Assembly (NCBI GenBank): GCA_964491475.1
Contig: CAZBFO010000002.1
Location: 144,501-208,500, forward strand
From: an uncultured Gammaproteobacteria bacterium
GTDB taxonomy: Bacteria; Patescibacteriota; Patescibacteriia; SG8-24
DNA: 64,000 nt
Reading direction: 5' to 3'
Shown here: in pieces, positions 1 through 10,510 of the stretch
Numbering within the stretch: the first letter of the stretch is position 1
Layout: each line of letters opens with the position of its first letter
Position numbers and translations under genes: made by a program
The notes under the pieces: model-generated
Seen by the model: only the letters and a program-made list of their open reading frames with translations
The model's database searches: none
What the model was told of the DNA's origin: nothing

Positions 1-1
1 G

Positions 2-1798
2 CCGAGCGGCCCGGACCTCTACGAGGACCAGATTGCGGCCATGAGAGTGCTCATTCATCAGTGGAACATGAAGGGTTCACCGGGCGAGGAGCCGGCATAC
101 TTCATGTACCTCACCCCGCAAAACCACTGGAACAACTGGGTCCTTTACGCCGAAGACGCCTTCCCGACCAGCGACAAGTCAGGTTTCCGCTTGGGCTATG
201 ACGGCAAGGAACCGGACAGCTGCGACAACAACAATGACGGCGGCGATGCGGCCAAGAACTGGAACTGCAACGCCATTCATGCCAACTTCGATCCGGTCAC
301 GCACAAGCTGCTGGGCTTCACCGGCACCATCGTCGACAACGACAACCGCAAGCGCAAGCTGACGGCGCCGGTGCAGATTACCGCGCTGATGCGCGAGAAC
401 TGCCTGCAGCTGTCGCAGGTACACAGCAACGTCACCACGCCCAGGAACATCGCCTGGACAGATGTGCTGTACCAGTCGCAGCAAGGTAAGGACGACATCC
501 TCGGCTACAACATGCTGTACAAGCACAACACCTCCCGCACGAATTCGGTTCCTCCGAACGCGGAGTTGAAACCGTACGGCAACGCGATTTCCTCCAACTT
601 GATGACTTCTGGCAAGGACAACATCGACCTGAAGCATCCGGTAAGCCTGTGGTGGACCGAAGGCGGCAGCGGCTACACGTTCTACAACTACACCGGATCC
701 GCGCAGGACAGGCAGGAAAGCGGGGACGAGACCAAGGTGCACTTCGACGGCAAGAACAACCGCGCCTCGGATAACAGCGACGTGCCCGACGTCGGCGGCT
801 ATCCGTACGCCTGCTGGGGACCTTGCGGCGTGGGGGCTTCGTCGAAACTCTGGCCGCAGAATGCCTACGACATCGGCCAAGACAAGCTGTCCAAGTTCTT
901 CGTCACCAGCTGGAGGAAATTCACCTACGCTCCGGCGCAGGCGCCTGGAACCGTGTACAAGCCGGAAAACGGCCTCGATAATCGTCTCAAGTACGCAGGT
1001 TCGGGTGAGGCTCCACGAATCGCGTCGGTCAACCGCTTCAACTGCTCTTCGGACGTTCCCGGCATGTGTGAAGAAGGAACCGAGGGCCTGACCGTAAACA
1101 CTTCGCAGGCCTCGAACGTGATTCCGCAGCAGAAGGGCAAGTTCAAGGCGAGCATCTACTTCTACGCTTGGGCCGACAAGAACCGCTTGCCGCTCCGCAG
1201 GGTCATCGTCGACTTCGGCGACGACACCACGCGTGCGGGTCAGTCGGGCGCGTACCTGAACCACCGCGGCTGCGTCGGTACCGGATGCGGATCTCCCGCA
1301 AACCCGATCTGCGAAGCCAACAACGAGTGGGGCAAGACGAAGCAGACCTGCGAATCCCACTACTTCGAGTACAGCCACACCTACATCTGCACGCCCGACA
1401 TGATCACCGGTCCGGGCAAGTTCGACGCCTGTGATCCGGGGAATCCGCGGTTCCCGTGCCAGGACGGCGTCGCGTGCCACTTCCGGCCGCGCGTGCAGGT
1501 AATGGACAACTGGGGTTTCTGCAACGGTAACTGCAAGGGCATTACCAAGTCCGGCGGAAGGTGCTTCAACATGGGCAACGCCCAGACCGCACCGGACAAG
1601 ATTCAGGAGTTCCTCAACAGCATCTACGTGACCACCGGCGACGACGTCGATCCAGCGACCTGCAATGTCGGGCAGCCGAACGCGGTCAACGAGTGCTGGA
1701 CACTCTCGAACAAGTGCTACTCTGTCAAAGTCAACGGTGCCCAGGAAAAAGCCTGGACCGAATACGCAGGAGACATCATCCTGCAGCCGGAACAGTAG
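2..1798 (+). CDS. C-terminal part of a large Cys-rich secreted/surface protein (5' truncated by window)
   Basis: Frame is open from position 2; many paired Cys/Trp/Gly/Asn motifs (e.g. FRPRVQVMDNWGFCNGNC); followed by a terminator. Confidence 0.7.
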   Translation, partial: PSGPDLYEDQIAAMRVLIHQWNMKGSPGEEPAYFMYLTPQNHWNNWVLYAEDAFPTSDKSGFRLGYDGKEPDSCDNNNDGGDAAKNWNCNAIHANFDPVTHKLLGFTGTIVDNDNRKRKLTAPVQITALMRENCLQLSQVHSNVTTPRNIAWTDVLYQSQQGKDDILGYNMLYKHNTSRTNSVPPNAELKPYGNAISSNLMTSGKDNIDLKHPVSLWWTEGGSGYTFYNYTGSAQDRQESGDETKVHFDGKNNRASDNSDVPDVGGYPYACWGPCGVGASSKLWPQNAYDIGQDKLSKFFVTSWRKFTYAPAQAPGTVYKPENGLDNRLKYAGSGEAPRIASVNRFNCSSDVPGMCEEGTEGLTVNTSQASNVIPQQKGKFKASIYFYAWADKNRLPLRRVIVDFGDDTTRAGQSGAYLNHRGCVGTGCGSPANPICEANNEWGKTKQTCESHYFEYSHTYICTPDMITGPGKFDACDPGNPRFPCQDGVACHFRPRVQVMDNWGFCNGNCKGITKSGGRCFNMGNAQTAPDKIQEFLNSIYVTTGDDVDPATCNVGQPNAVNECWTLSNKCYSVKVNGAQEKAWTEYAGDIILQPEQ

Positions 1799-1811
1799 AC
1801 CCTTGCCCTGC

Positions 1812-1842
1812 AAAACGCCGCCTTTCCACAGGCGGCGTTTTT
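1812..1842 (+). terminator. Intrinsic terminator
   Basis: AAAACGCCGCCT-ttccac-AGGCGGCGTTTTT hairpin right after the stop. Confidence 0.8.
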
Positions 1843-1941
1843 GCTTTGATTTTGCTTAAAAATCGGACTGGATAACTGCCTTCTTCGGCCCCTTGATTCG
1901 TGGTATGCTGTACGCGTGGCTATCCCGCAACGTACACGCGC

Positions 1942-4752
1942 ATGTGGGCATCTTTACTGGTCGGAATCTCCGGCCTTCGCAAGCGACTTTTCGCCAGGCA
2001 TGACGATTCGCCGTCGTTGATCACCCGACGTGGACTTGTTGTCGTCGTCTTTTTGGTCGTCTTCGGAACGTTGTTCGTTTCGCATCCCTCCGTGCTCGCC
2101 GACAACACCTCCAACGGCGTCACGGAAGGCATCGGCAACGCCATCGCCACGGCCGTCGGCTTCATCATCGACCTGATGCTTGGCTTGGTGGGCCAGCTGC
2201 TGCTGATCATGATCGGCGCGCTGATCTGGGTGGCGCAATACAACGGGTTCGTGACGGCCGTGCCGGTGGCCCAAGGCTGGACCATCGTCCGCGACGTCAC
2301 CAACATGTTCTTTATCGTCATCATGCTGATTTACGCCTTCGGTACCATCCTCGGCGTAGATGCCTACAGCGCCAAGGGCGGCGCCATCGTCAAGCTGCTG
2401 ATCATGGCCGTCGTGGTCAACTTCTCGCGCACCATCTGCGGACTGCTCATCGATGCCAGCCAGGTGGTCATGCTGACGTTCGTCTACGGCTTCAAGGAAG
2501 CGGCCGGCGGCAACTTCGCCGACGCCCTCGGCATCACCAAGCTGATGCAGCTGAAAAACGAAGGAACCGTCTCCGCCTGGTCCGTGACGGTGTCCCTGAT
2601 GTTGGCACTGCTCATGACCTCCGTTTCGCTGATGGTCGTCGTGGTCATGACCATCTGCCTGGCGGTGCGCATCGTCATCCTCTGGCTGCTGATCGTCATG
2701 TCGCCGTTGGCTTTCCTGACGCGAACCGCGCCAGGAAGCTTTGCCAAAGGAAAGTATGCCGACTGGTGGAAGAAGTTCACCGCGCAGCTGGTCTTCGGTC
2801 CGGTAATGGCGTTCTTCCTGTGGTTGGCGCTGGTGAGCGTCGGTTCCTCCGAGTTTTCCGGCCAAGGGTTTCCTCCGATGAACTCGGGCGTAGGCAACGT
2901 CGGTACGGTCAACTCGAACGCTTCCGAGGCGTTCGGCGACATTCAGATCCAAAAGTTCATCATCGCCATCTGCCTGCTGTTCGGCGGCCTGCAAATGGCC
3001 AAGGAGGTGGCCGACAACATGTCCGTTTTGAGTCAGGCAAAGGACAAGGTCAAGGGCGCGTACTCGGCCGCCAAGGGCGTCTATGACCGCGGGAAGACCG
3101 TCGCCAAAGGCACGGCCAAGGTCGCCGGCGTCGCCGGATCCGCAGGCATCGGCCTGGTGGACATCGCCAGCGGAGGCAGGGGCACCAAGGCCAAGAACTG
3201 GGCGCTTACGCAAGCGGCAAAAGTTCCGCTTATCGGCGGCGCCGCAGAAGCAAAACTTAGTCGTGACAAGGCCGCGAACGAGGAGGTCGCGAAGAAGGCC
3301 GCAGGAAGGGCGTCCAAGGCCAGCGAGGAGCTGGTCAAGTCGCGCGCCAACGAGAAGCTGTCCGCCGTCACCATGGACGGCCAGATCGAGCGCAACGAGT
3401 TCCAGAAGAAGCGCGTGCAGGATCTCGCCAAGAAGTCCAAGAAGAAGCAGCTGACCCAAGAGGAACGGCAGGAATACTTCCGATTGGCCAAGAGCATCAA
3501 GAAACACGGTGACAAGTTCGATGACGACTCCGGCGACAAGGTGCTGGAGGGAATAGAGAAGAGGAACCCGTCGCTCATCGTCGACGAGAACGAGAAAGAC
3601 CCTGCCGAGAGGAAACGTCAGGCTGAAGCATTCGTGAAATCGGCGCGGTCCCTCAACAAGCAGGACTTGGCCGACATGGACCCGGATGCCCTCAAGGGCA
3701 ATGCCCAGCTGCAGGCGTTCCTGTCGCCCAAGCAGGTGCTGGAAGCGCAAAAGATCGCCACCGGCGACAACCTCGAGGCTCTCGAGAGAATGGGTTCCAA
3801 CGAGAGCGAAATCAAGGCTTATCAGGAGGGTTTGCGCAACCGCGCCGACGTCTTCGCCTTCAACTCCGAGCAAGACCGCGCGGCCCGCGTCTCCGGAATG
3901 TCCGAAGATCAGCTCAAGGAGCTGGCGGGCAATCCGGGAGTCGGTGCCGAGGCCTTCGGAGGTTCGGTGCTTCAGGCGGCCGTCGCTGCCGGTACTGCGG
4001 GGGCGCTTGCCGACAAGCTCGCGCCGACGCTCTCGGCCCAGACGCTGGAAGACAACGACGCACTCGCCGATCAGATCGCCAGGGGCATCAGCGCCAGCTC
4101 GCTGGCGAGCCTGTCAAAGGATGTCGGCGACGTGCTCCGCGAACGCGTCGCGGAAACCGATCCGGCAAAGGCGATGGCCGGAGGAGCCAAAATGGAACAG
4201 GTCTTCGGCGGCTACGGCGGAGACGGCAGCTTCGATACGGTCGAGAATCGCGCCGCATTCGAGAAGTACCTGCAGGACGGACTTACGGACAAACGCGCCG
4301 GCTCGATTCCGGCCGATGCCATCGCCAGGAACGGCGGCATCAACGACGTCTCCATCTCGATGATCAAGAACCTTGAAGTGAGCGACCTGCAGAAGATGGC
4401 CAAGGACGGCAAGACCGGTCAGGTATCGGAACTGCTGTCCGCCATGGAGAAGTTCTCCAAGGTCGACACCAGCGATCAGGCGGCGGTCGATAAGTTCATC
4501 GTTGAGAATGCCGGCGTCACGGTGAACGAGCAGGAACTGCGCGCGGTCATGACCAAGGCGGCCCAGACTCTGGCCGACTCCGCCGGCGCCAACAGCCCCA
4601 TCCGCGCGGCCCAGCAGGAAAAGGCCACGATGCGCGCGGTCGAGGCTGCCGCCCGCAAGGCGGCCGAAGCGGAAAACCGGCGTCAGGCTTTCGAGCGGAA
4701 GCTTCTAGGCAGGATACCCAAGCGCGACCGACGCACCAGCAGGAATAAATAG
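1942..4752 (+). CDS. VirB6/TrbL-like polytopic membrane protein with long helical C-terminal tail
   Basis: About 7-8 TM segments in the N-terminal ~370 aa (GWTIVRDVTNMFFI, VVVNFSRTICGLLID, RIVILWLLIVMSPLAF), then a K/A/E-rich soluble region; lies upstream of PrgI/VirB4; start uncertain. Confidence 0.65.
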   Translation: MWASLLVGISGLRKRLFARHDDSPSLITRRGLVVVVFLVVFGTLFVSHPSVLADNTSNGVTEGIGNAIATAVGFIIDLMLGLVGQLLLIMIGALIWVAQYNGFVTAVPVAQGWTIVRDVTNMFFIVIMLIYAFGTILGVDAYSAKGGAIVKLLIMAVVVNFSRTICGLLIDASQVVMLTFVYGFKEAAGGNFADALGITKLMQLKNEGTVSAWSVTVSLMLALLMTSVSLMVVVVMTICLAVRIVILWLLIVMSPLAFLTRTAPGSFAKGKYADWWKKFTAQLVFGPVMAFFLWLALVSVGSSEFSGQGFPPMNSGVGNVGTVNSNASEAFGDIQIQKFIIAICLLFGGLQMAKEVADNMSVLSQAKDKVKGAYSAAKGVYDRGKTVAKGTAKVAGVAGSAGIGLVDIASGGRGTKAKNWALTQAAKVPLIGGAAEAKLSRDKAANEEVAKKAAGRASKASEELVKSRANEKLSAVTMDGQIERNEFQKKRVQDLAKKSKKKQLTQEERQEYFRLAKSIKKHGDKFDDDSGDKVLEGIEKRNPSLIVDENEKDPAERKRQAEAFVKSARSLNKQDLADMDPDALKGNAQLQAFLSPKQVLEAQKIATGDNLEALERMGSNESEIKAYQEGLRNRADVFAFNSEQDRAARVSGMSEDQLKELAGNPGVGAEAFGGSVLQAAVAAGTAGALADKLAPTLSAQTLEDNDALADQIARGISASSLASLSKDVGDVLRERVAETDPAKAMAGGAKMEQVFGGYGGDGSFDTVENRAAFEKYLQDGLTDKRAGSIPADAIARNGGINDVSISMIKNLEVSDLQKMAKDGKTGQVSELLSAMEKFSKVDTSDQAAVDKFIVENAGVTVNEQELRAVMTKAAQTLADSAGANSPIRAAQQEKATMRAVEAAARKAAEAENRRQAFERKLLGRIPKRDRRTSRNK

Positions 4753-4760
4753 CACTTCCT

Positions 4761-6062
4761 ATGGAAGAGGCGCAACAGGCGACAACTGAAACGGCGGCCG
4801 AGGCTCCCGCTAAATCGCCAGAAGGGCAGGTCATCGCGCCGGTCGCAGAGAACGACGATGCGGGCGGCGGACCCGAAGTCGGCGTTTTGGTGCGCATCAA
4901 AAGCCTGCCCCAGGCGGTCTTCGATTATCTGATGTCAGACGACCTGGTGAAGCTGCATCAGACCGTCTATGACCAGCACGGCCTCAAGCCCGAGGAGCGC
5001 GATGCCGTCTATTACGCCGAACTGCAGACGTTCCTCGGCGAGCTCGGCCTCAAGGAATTTCCGGGGGAATTGTGGAGCCGCCTCGGTTGGGAAGAATCGC
5101 GCGACGAGCAGGTCATCGCCTTGGCCGTGGACGTGCTCGGTTTCGTCTTCTTGCCGGCGCAGGCGCATCTCGGAGACGTTGCCGGCGTCATCGCCGAGCT
5201 CGGCGGGGACATCAAGGCGTTTCCCGAAAAGCAGCTTGAGGTACGCAGGATCACTTACGCGCAGGGATCGGCGGAAATCGCCGAAGTGGCCGATTTGGGC
5301 GAAGAGGACGACGGCACTATGCGCAAGCGCCTGGCGTTCATCATCGAGTCGCGGTTGCGCCACGTGCGCACCAACGTCGCCGTAAAGGAGATGCTGATGC
5401 GCGGCAAGAAGACCGGCGGCATGGACCTTTCGGAGCAGGAAGCCGACAAGATCATCGAACTCCTGGAGTCGAAGACCCGCATGACCTCGTACGCCGACGT
5501 CCTCGGAGAAGAGCCTGCCGCGGCTGCCGGGGGAGAAGAGCCGGAATATGCCGCAGAGGACATCAAGAGGATTTTTGCAGGTACTGCCGAAGAACAGGAG
5601 GCGCTCGGGAAGCGCATAGGACGTTTCGCCTCGGTCACTGCCGGCGACCCGTCCAAGATGCGCGACGCCTTTTACCAGGTGATCGCGCCTGCCGACGGCA
5701 GTCCCATCGATCCGCCGTACGTCGTCGCCGGACTCATTTCGATGGCTGACGGCGACAAGATTTCCGACGCTTTGGCCGAAGACGAGCGCTATCGCACGTT
5801 CGTCCGCGAATACCTCAAGGGAAAAAAACGCGACGCCGAAGCAGAGGCCTTCGATGCAGATCCGACCGATGCCAAGTACATGAACATCCTGCTGCAGTAC
5901 CTCTTGCGGGGCATCGCAGGCTACGACGATGCCGATTCCGCCCGCCTCGGGCTGCACGTCATCAACCTGCTCAACAAGCAGGGGTACAATCGCTACGCCG
6001 AGCTGGTGGCCTTCGACATGAAAGAAGGCGAATTCCGATGGAAAGACCTTGTTGAACCATAG
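4761..6062 (+). CDS. Hypothetical acidic protein in the T4SS-like operon
   Basis: 433-aa ORF 8 bp after the previous stop, host-like codon usage. Confidence 0.75.
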   Translation: MEEAQQATTETAAEAPAKSPEGQVIAPVAENDDAGGGPEVGVLVRIKSLPQAVFDYLMSDDLVKLHQTVYDQHGLKPEERDAVYYAELQTFLGELGLKEFPGELWSRLGWEESRDEQVIALAVDVLGFVFLPAQAHLGDVAGVIAELGGDIKAFPEKQLEVRRITYAQGSAEIAEVADLGEEDDGTMRKRLAFIIESRLRHVRTNVAVKEMLMRGKKTGGMDLSEQEADKIIELLESKTRMTSYADVLGEEPAAAAGGEEPEYAAEDIKRIFAGTAEEQEALGKRIGRFASVTAGDPSKMRDAFYQVIAPADGSPIDPPYVVAGLISMADGDKISDALAEDERYRTFVREYLKGKKRDAEAEAFDADPTDAKYMNILLQYLLRGIAGYDDADSARLGLHVINLLNKQGYNRYAELVAFDMKEGEFRWKDLVEP

Positions 6063-6077
6063 CTGAACGAGTCCCGT

Positions 6078-7376
6078 ATGGCCGATACCACCTCCCTTCC
6101 CGGTTCCGACGCAACGTCGGACGCAGCCAAAAAAGCGCCTTCGAACGACGGGGGATTGACCAAGGAGTCTTGGCTCGACCTGTCCGACGCCTCCATTCCC
6201 GTGATCGACCCGCAGGGCAAACAGGTGGTCCTGAAAGGGGCCGGCTTTGTCGATCCTGCTCCTGCGCCAGTCCCGGCGGTTCCCGCTGCCTCGCAGCCGG
6301 CTGTCGCCAAGGCGGCACCCCCTCCTCCGAACCTTCCTTTGGTGGAAGAAAAACCGATTACGGCCGAGCCGGTCGGCGCGCAACCTGTCACCTCGCTGGC
6401 CGATCTCGGACTCGACGACGCCGCGGACGTCGCCGAAATCAAGAAGATCGAACAGAAGACGGCGGTGAAGTCCGTGGACGCTTCCGTAAAGAAGGACTTG
6501 CCGCTGCTGGAGTCGATGGTCGAGGATGCCGTCAACGGCACGGACGCCAACGTCACCGACGTCAGCATGCGCCGCCGTTTCAGCCTTCTCATTTCGCTCT
6601 TCTTCCGCGACTTGCGCGACGGCCTGGAAACGAAGTCCAAGTTCACCATGCCGGTACAGAGCGGGGGGATGGGCTTCGACGACGCTACCGCCGATCGGGT
6701 GCTGGAAGAGCTGGTAAGGCGCAACAAGTCGTACAAGGAGGCGCTCACCGGCAAGGCGGCAGACGACAAGTCGCAATACGTCGCCAAGCGCACCGAGACC
6801 GTCCTCAACCTGCAGGAGAACATCGACCGCGCCGAGCAGGAACGCGGCGACAAGGCGTTCGAGGGCCTGATGCAGCGCGTCGGCACGCGTGCCGAGGAGC
6901 AGCCGGCGCCGCGGCCCGCAGAACCAAGGTCGATTCCGGTCATCGGTCTCGACAAGAAACCGACGCCTTCGGCCGCGCCGCAAGTCGTCGGCACCGCCGG
7001 GATCGGCTCCGTCAACCGTCCCACCGTCTCGGATGTCGCCTATGCGCCGAAGCTCACCGGGCCGGTGGAAGAGCTTCGCCAGCTGACCCTCAAGGACTTC
7101 CGCCGCCTTTCCCGCGACCCCAAGGAGGCTACGCTCAAGATCAAGGACAAGATCGACCTTCTCGAGGAGCAGTCTTTCGAAGTGAAAACCGCTGGCGTCA
7201 GCGCCTGGCACGATTGCGAGGTGAACCGGCTGTACTTGGAAATCCTCCGGCAAAGCTTGGACGGAAAACCGATCATGGACGTGATAGCCGATCTCGACCA
7301 GAAGGCATTGCCTGCGCTCACCAAAGACGAATTCGACGTGATCATGCAGTTGAATCAAAAATTGCGCTTTGGTTAG
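6078..7376 (+). CDS. Hypothetical protein (Pro-rich linkers, helical domains) in the T4SS-like operon
   Basis: 432-aa ORF closely packed; C-terminal block LTGPVEELRQLTLKDFRRLS. Confidence 0.75.
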   Translation: MADTTSLPGSDATSDAAKKAPSNDGGLTKESWLDLSDASIPVIDPQGKQVVLKGAGFVDPAPAPVPAVPAASQPAVAKAAPPPPNLPLVEEKPITAEPVGAQPVTSLADLGLDDAADVAEIKKIEQKTAVKSVDASVKKDLPLLESMVEDAVNGTDANVTDVSMRRRFSLLISLFFRDLRDGLETKSKFTMPVQSGGMGFDDATADRVLEELVRRNKSYKEALTGKAADDKSQYVAKRTETVLNLQENIDRAEQERGDKAFEGLMQRVGTRAEEQPAPRPAEPRSIPVIGLDKKPTPSAAPQVVGTAGIGSVNRPTVSDVAYAPKLTGPVEELRQLTLKDFRRLSRDPKEATLKIKDKIDLLEEQSFEVKTAGVSAWHDCEVNRLYLEILRQSLDGKPIMDVIADLDQKALPALTKDEFDVIMQLNQKLRFG

Positions 7377-7433
7377 CGAAATAAAGTGTGGAAAGGTGCA
7401 CGGCCTTAGGTGTGCTATAGTGTAAGCAGCGAT

Positions 7434-7859
7434 ATGCGATACGTGGTACCGCAGTTCATCGACGTGGAAGACAAAATTCTCGGCCCGCTGACGGTCCGGC
7501 AGTTTTTGATCCTGCTCGCCACCGCGCTGGTCATGTTCGTCGAGTACAAGCTGTCCGACTTCGGGCTGTTTCTCGCGGTGAGCATTCCCTCGTTCGCCAT
7601 CGGCGGCACCTTCGCCTTTTTCCGGGTGAACGGCCAGCCGTTCCACTTCTTCCTGCTGAACCTGCTGCAGACGTTCCGTCGTCCGCCTCTCCGGAGCTGG
7701 GACAAGGAACAGTCCGACGCCGAACTGCTGGACATCATCCGCAAGCCGCCGCCGCCCGCGCCGCCGGCCCGCATTCGCAAGGAGGCGCTGGCCAGCACCA
7801 AGCTGACGGAGCTTTCCCTGGTCGTCAACACGGGCGGCGTCTACAATCCCGACGCATAA
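7434..7859 (+). CDS. PrgI-family (VirB3-like) membrane protein
   Basis: N-terminal YVVPQFIDVEDKILGPLTVRQF motif and two TM helices. Confidence 0.85.
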   Translation: MRYVVPQFIDVEDKILGPLTVRQFLILLATALVMFVEYKLSDFGLFLAVSIPSFAIGGTFAFFRVNGQPFHFFLLNLLQTFRRPPLRSWDKEQSDAELLDIIRKPPPPAPPARIRKEALASTKLTELSLVVNTGGVYNPDA

Positions 7860-7877
7860 GACACGTACTCCACGCAC

Positions 7878-8591
7878 ATGGCGCAGGAACAAGAGATGCA
7901 ATCAAGGAAGTTGGCCGGCGGCAAGCCGGGTCCCGCGACCCAGCGATTCTTGGATATCGCCGAAGTCAAGGAGGACGTGATGGTCATGAAGGACGGCACC
8001 ATGCGCGTGGTGCTGATCGTTGCCAGCATCAACTTCGCGCTCAAGTCCGAGGACGAGCAGAACGCCATCATCTCCGCCTACGTGCAGTTCCTCAATGCGC
8101 TGGAGTTCCCGCTGCAGGTGGTGATTCAGTCGCGCCGCCTGAACATCGACAAGTACATCGAGCGCCTCAAGGAGTCGGAAAAGAACCAGACCAACGAGCT
8201 GCTCCGCATGCAGATCAAGGACTACCGCAACTTCGTGCAGGAACTGGTCACGCTCGGCCAGATCATGCAGAAGCAGTTCTTCGTGGTCGTCCCGTACAAC
8301 CCGTTGTCCGACAAGCGCAAGGGCTTTTTCTCGCGCCTGTCCGAGGCTTTTTCGCCGACGCTGTCCGTCCGCCTGGCAGAGGACCGTTTCCGCCAGCGCA
8401 AGAACGACCTGCAGACCCGCGTCGACCACATCATCAGCAACTTGGGCAGCATGGGCCTCAAGGCCGTCCAGCTCGACACGCAGAGCCTGATCGAGCTGTT
8501 CTACCGCGTCTACAATCCGGAAACCTACGACACGCAGAAGATGCAGGACTCTTCCAAGCTCCGCGTCACCGATGAAATCACGACCGTCTAA
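7878..8591 (+). CDS. T4SS-associated protein resembling the VirB4/TraC N-terminal region
   Basis: INFALKSEDEQNAII...FLNALEFPLQVVIQSR motif; sits between PrgI and VirB4. Confidence 0.7.
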   Translation: MAQEQEMQSRKLAGGKPGPATQRFLDIAEVKEDVMVMKDGTMRVVLIVASINFALKSEDEQNAIISAYVQFLNALEFPLQVVIQSRRLNIDKYIERLKESEKNQTNELLRMQIKDYRNFVQELVTLGQIMQKQFFVVVPYNPLSDKRKGFFSRLSEAFSPTLSVRLAEDRFRQRKNDLQTRVDHIISNLGSMGLKAVQLDTQSLIELFYRVYNPETYDTQKMQDSSKLRVTDEITTV

Positions 8592-8596
8592 CGCCT

Positions 8597-10507
8597 ATGG
8601 CATTCACCCCCGGACAATTCGCTCCCGGCACCGGTCCGACGCCGCAACAGCAGCGGAAGGCGGCTGCGGCGCCGACGAAGAAGGCGCAGGAATCCGAGCA
8701 GATCGCCAAGGAGAGGGAAGTGCTCGAAGAGGAGCGCATCTACCGCCGCGGCGTCATCTCCATCAAGGACGTCATCGCGCCGGCCGGCATGAAGATCGAG
8801 CCGACGTACCTGGTGCTCAACGAGACCTTCGTTCGCACCATCTTCGTCGTGACTTATCCGCGTTACATCTCTCTGGGATGGTTTGCTCCCATCGTGAACA
8901 TGAACCACCCGCTCGACGTGGCGATGTTCTTCTATCCGGTGAAGCCGGAAGTCATTCTCAAGCAGCTCAAGAAGAAGGTCGGTACGCTCGAAGCGCAGAT
9001 CATGTCGGACTCGGAGAAAGGCGCGCCCCGCGACCCCATCCGCGAAACCGCCCTCCGCGACATCGAAGAATTGCGTGACTCGCTTTCGCAGGGAACCGAG
9101 CACTTTTTCCAGTTCGCGCTCTACGTCACCGTCTACGCCAAGGACAAGAAGGAGCTCGACAAGCAGACCGAGGACGTCGAAGCGCTCTTCGGCGGCAAGC
9201 TCATCTATACCAAGCGCGTCTTCTATCAGTCGGAGCAAGGCTTCAACTCGACCATGCCGCAGGGCAACGACGAGCTGATGATCACCTTCAACATGAACTC
9301 GTCGCCGGTGGCGTCGTCGTTCCCGTTCATCTCGGCCGACCTGACCACCGACAACGGCATCCTTTTCGGCGTCAACCGCCACAACAACAGCCTGGTCCTG
9401 TTCGACCGCTTCTCGATGCAGAATGCCAACTACATCGTGTTCGCCACTTCCGGCGCAGGCAAGTCGTACTGCGTCAAGCTCGAGATTCTGCGATCGCTGA
9501 TGGTCGGCACCGAGGTCATCGTCATCGACCCGGAAATGGAATACAAGCACCTGTCCGACGCGGTCGGCGGCACCTACATCAACCTGTCGCTGGCTTCCGA
9601 CGCCAAGATCAACCCGTTCGACTTGCCGCGCGCGGTCGGCGAGCAGATCACCACCGAGGACATCATCCGCAGCGCCGTCATCACCGTGAAGGGCCTTTTG
9701 CGCATCATGTTGGGCGGCAACGTCTCGCCGCAGGACGACTCCACCCTCGACCGCGCCCTGCTCGAAACCTACGCCAAGAAAGACATCACCCCCGACGCCG
9801 ACCTGGCCAAAGTGGAACCGCCGATCATGCAGGACTTCGTGGAAGTGCTCGAGGGCATGGAAGGCACCAAGGACATCGTCATCCGCCTCAAGAAGTTCAC
9901 CGAGGGCACCTTCGCCGGCCTGTTCAACTCGCCGACGACCATCACCATGCGCAACGTGCTGGTGACCTTCTCGGTCCGCGACCTCGAGGACGAACTGCGC
10001 CCGCTGGCCATCTACGCCATCGTCAACTACATCTGGAACGTCGTCCGCTCGGAGCGCAAGAAGCGCATCCTGGTCATCGACGAAGCCTGGTGGCTCATGC
10101 AGAACGAGGACTCCGCCAAGTTCATCTTCGCGCTGGTCAAGCGCTGCCGCAAATACTACCTGGGCGTCACCACCATCACGCAGGACGTCAACGACTTCCT
10201 CCGCAGCCCTTATGGCCAGGCCATCGTCACCAACTCGGCCATGCAGATGCTGCTCAAGCAGTCGCCGGCGGCCGTCGACAACATTGCCAAGACCTTCCTG
10301 CTGACGGAAGGGGAGAAGTTCCTGCTCTTGGAGTGCGGCGTCGGCGAAGGCATCTTCTTCGCCGGCAACAAGCATGCGGCCATCAAGGTCGTGGCCTCGT
10401 ACGCCGAAGACCAGGTCGTGACCACGAACCCGCAGCAGCTGCTCGAGATCGAGCAGGCCAAGAAGGATTTCCAGAAGGCCCAGGAAGAGGAGGCCAACAA
10501 GAAGTAG
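8597..10507 (+). CDS. virB4: VirB4-like type IV secretion ATPase
   Basis: Walker A ATSGAGKS, VIDPEMEY, Walker B LVIDEAW, RKYYLGVTTITQDV. Confidence 0.88.
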   Translation: MAFTPGQFAPGTGPTPQQQRKAAAAPTKKAQESEQIAKEREVLEEERIYRRGVISIKDVIAPAGMKIEPTYLVLNETFVRTIFVVTYPRYISLGWFAPIVNMNHPLDVAMFFYPVKPEVILKQLKKKVGTLEAQIMSDSEKGAPRDPIRETALRDIEELRDSLSQGTEHFFQFALYVTVYAKDKKELDKQTEDVEALFGGKLIYTKRVFYQSEQGFNSTMPQGNDELMITFNMNSSPVASSFPFISADLTTDNGILFGVNRHNNSLVLFDRFSMQNANYIVFATSGAGKSYCVKLEILRSLMVGTEVIVIDPEMEYKHLSDAVGGTYINLSLASDAKINPFDLPRAVGEQITTEDIIRSAVITVKGLLRIMLGGNVSPQDDSTLDRALLETYAKKDITPDADLAKVEPPIMQDFVEVLEGMEGTKDIVIRLKKFTEGTFAGLFNSPTTITMRNVLVTFSVRDLEDELRPLAIYAIVNYIWNVVRSERKKRILVIDEAWWLMQNEDSAKFIFALVKRCRKYYLGVTTITQDVNDFLRSPYGQAIVTNSAMQMLLKQSPAAVDNIAKTFLLTEGEKFLLLECGVGEGIFFAGNKHAAIKVVASYAEDQVVTTNPQQLLEIEQAKKDFQKAQEEEANKK

Positions 10508-10510
10508 CCT

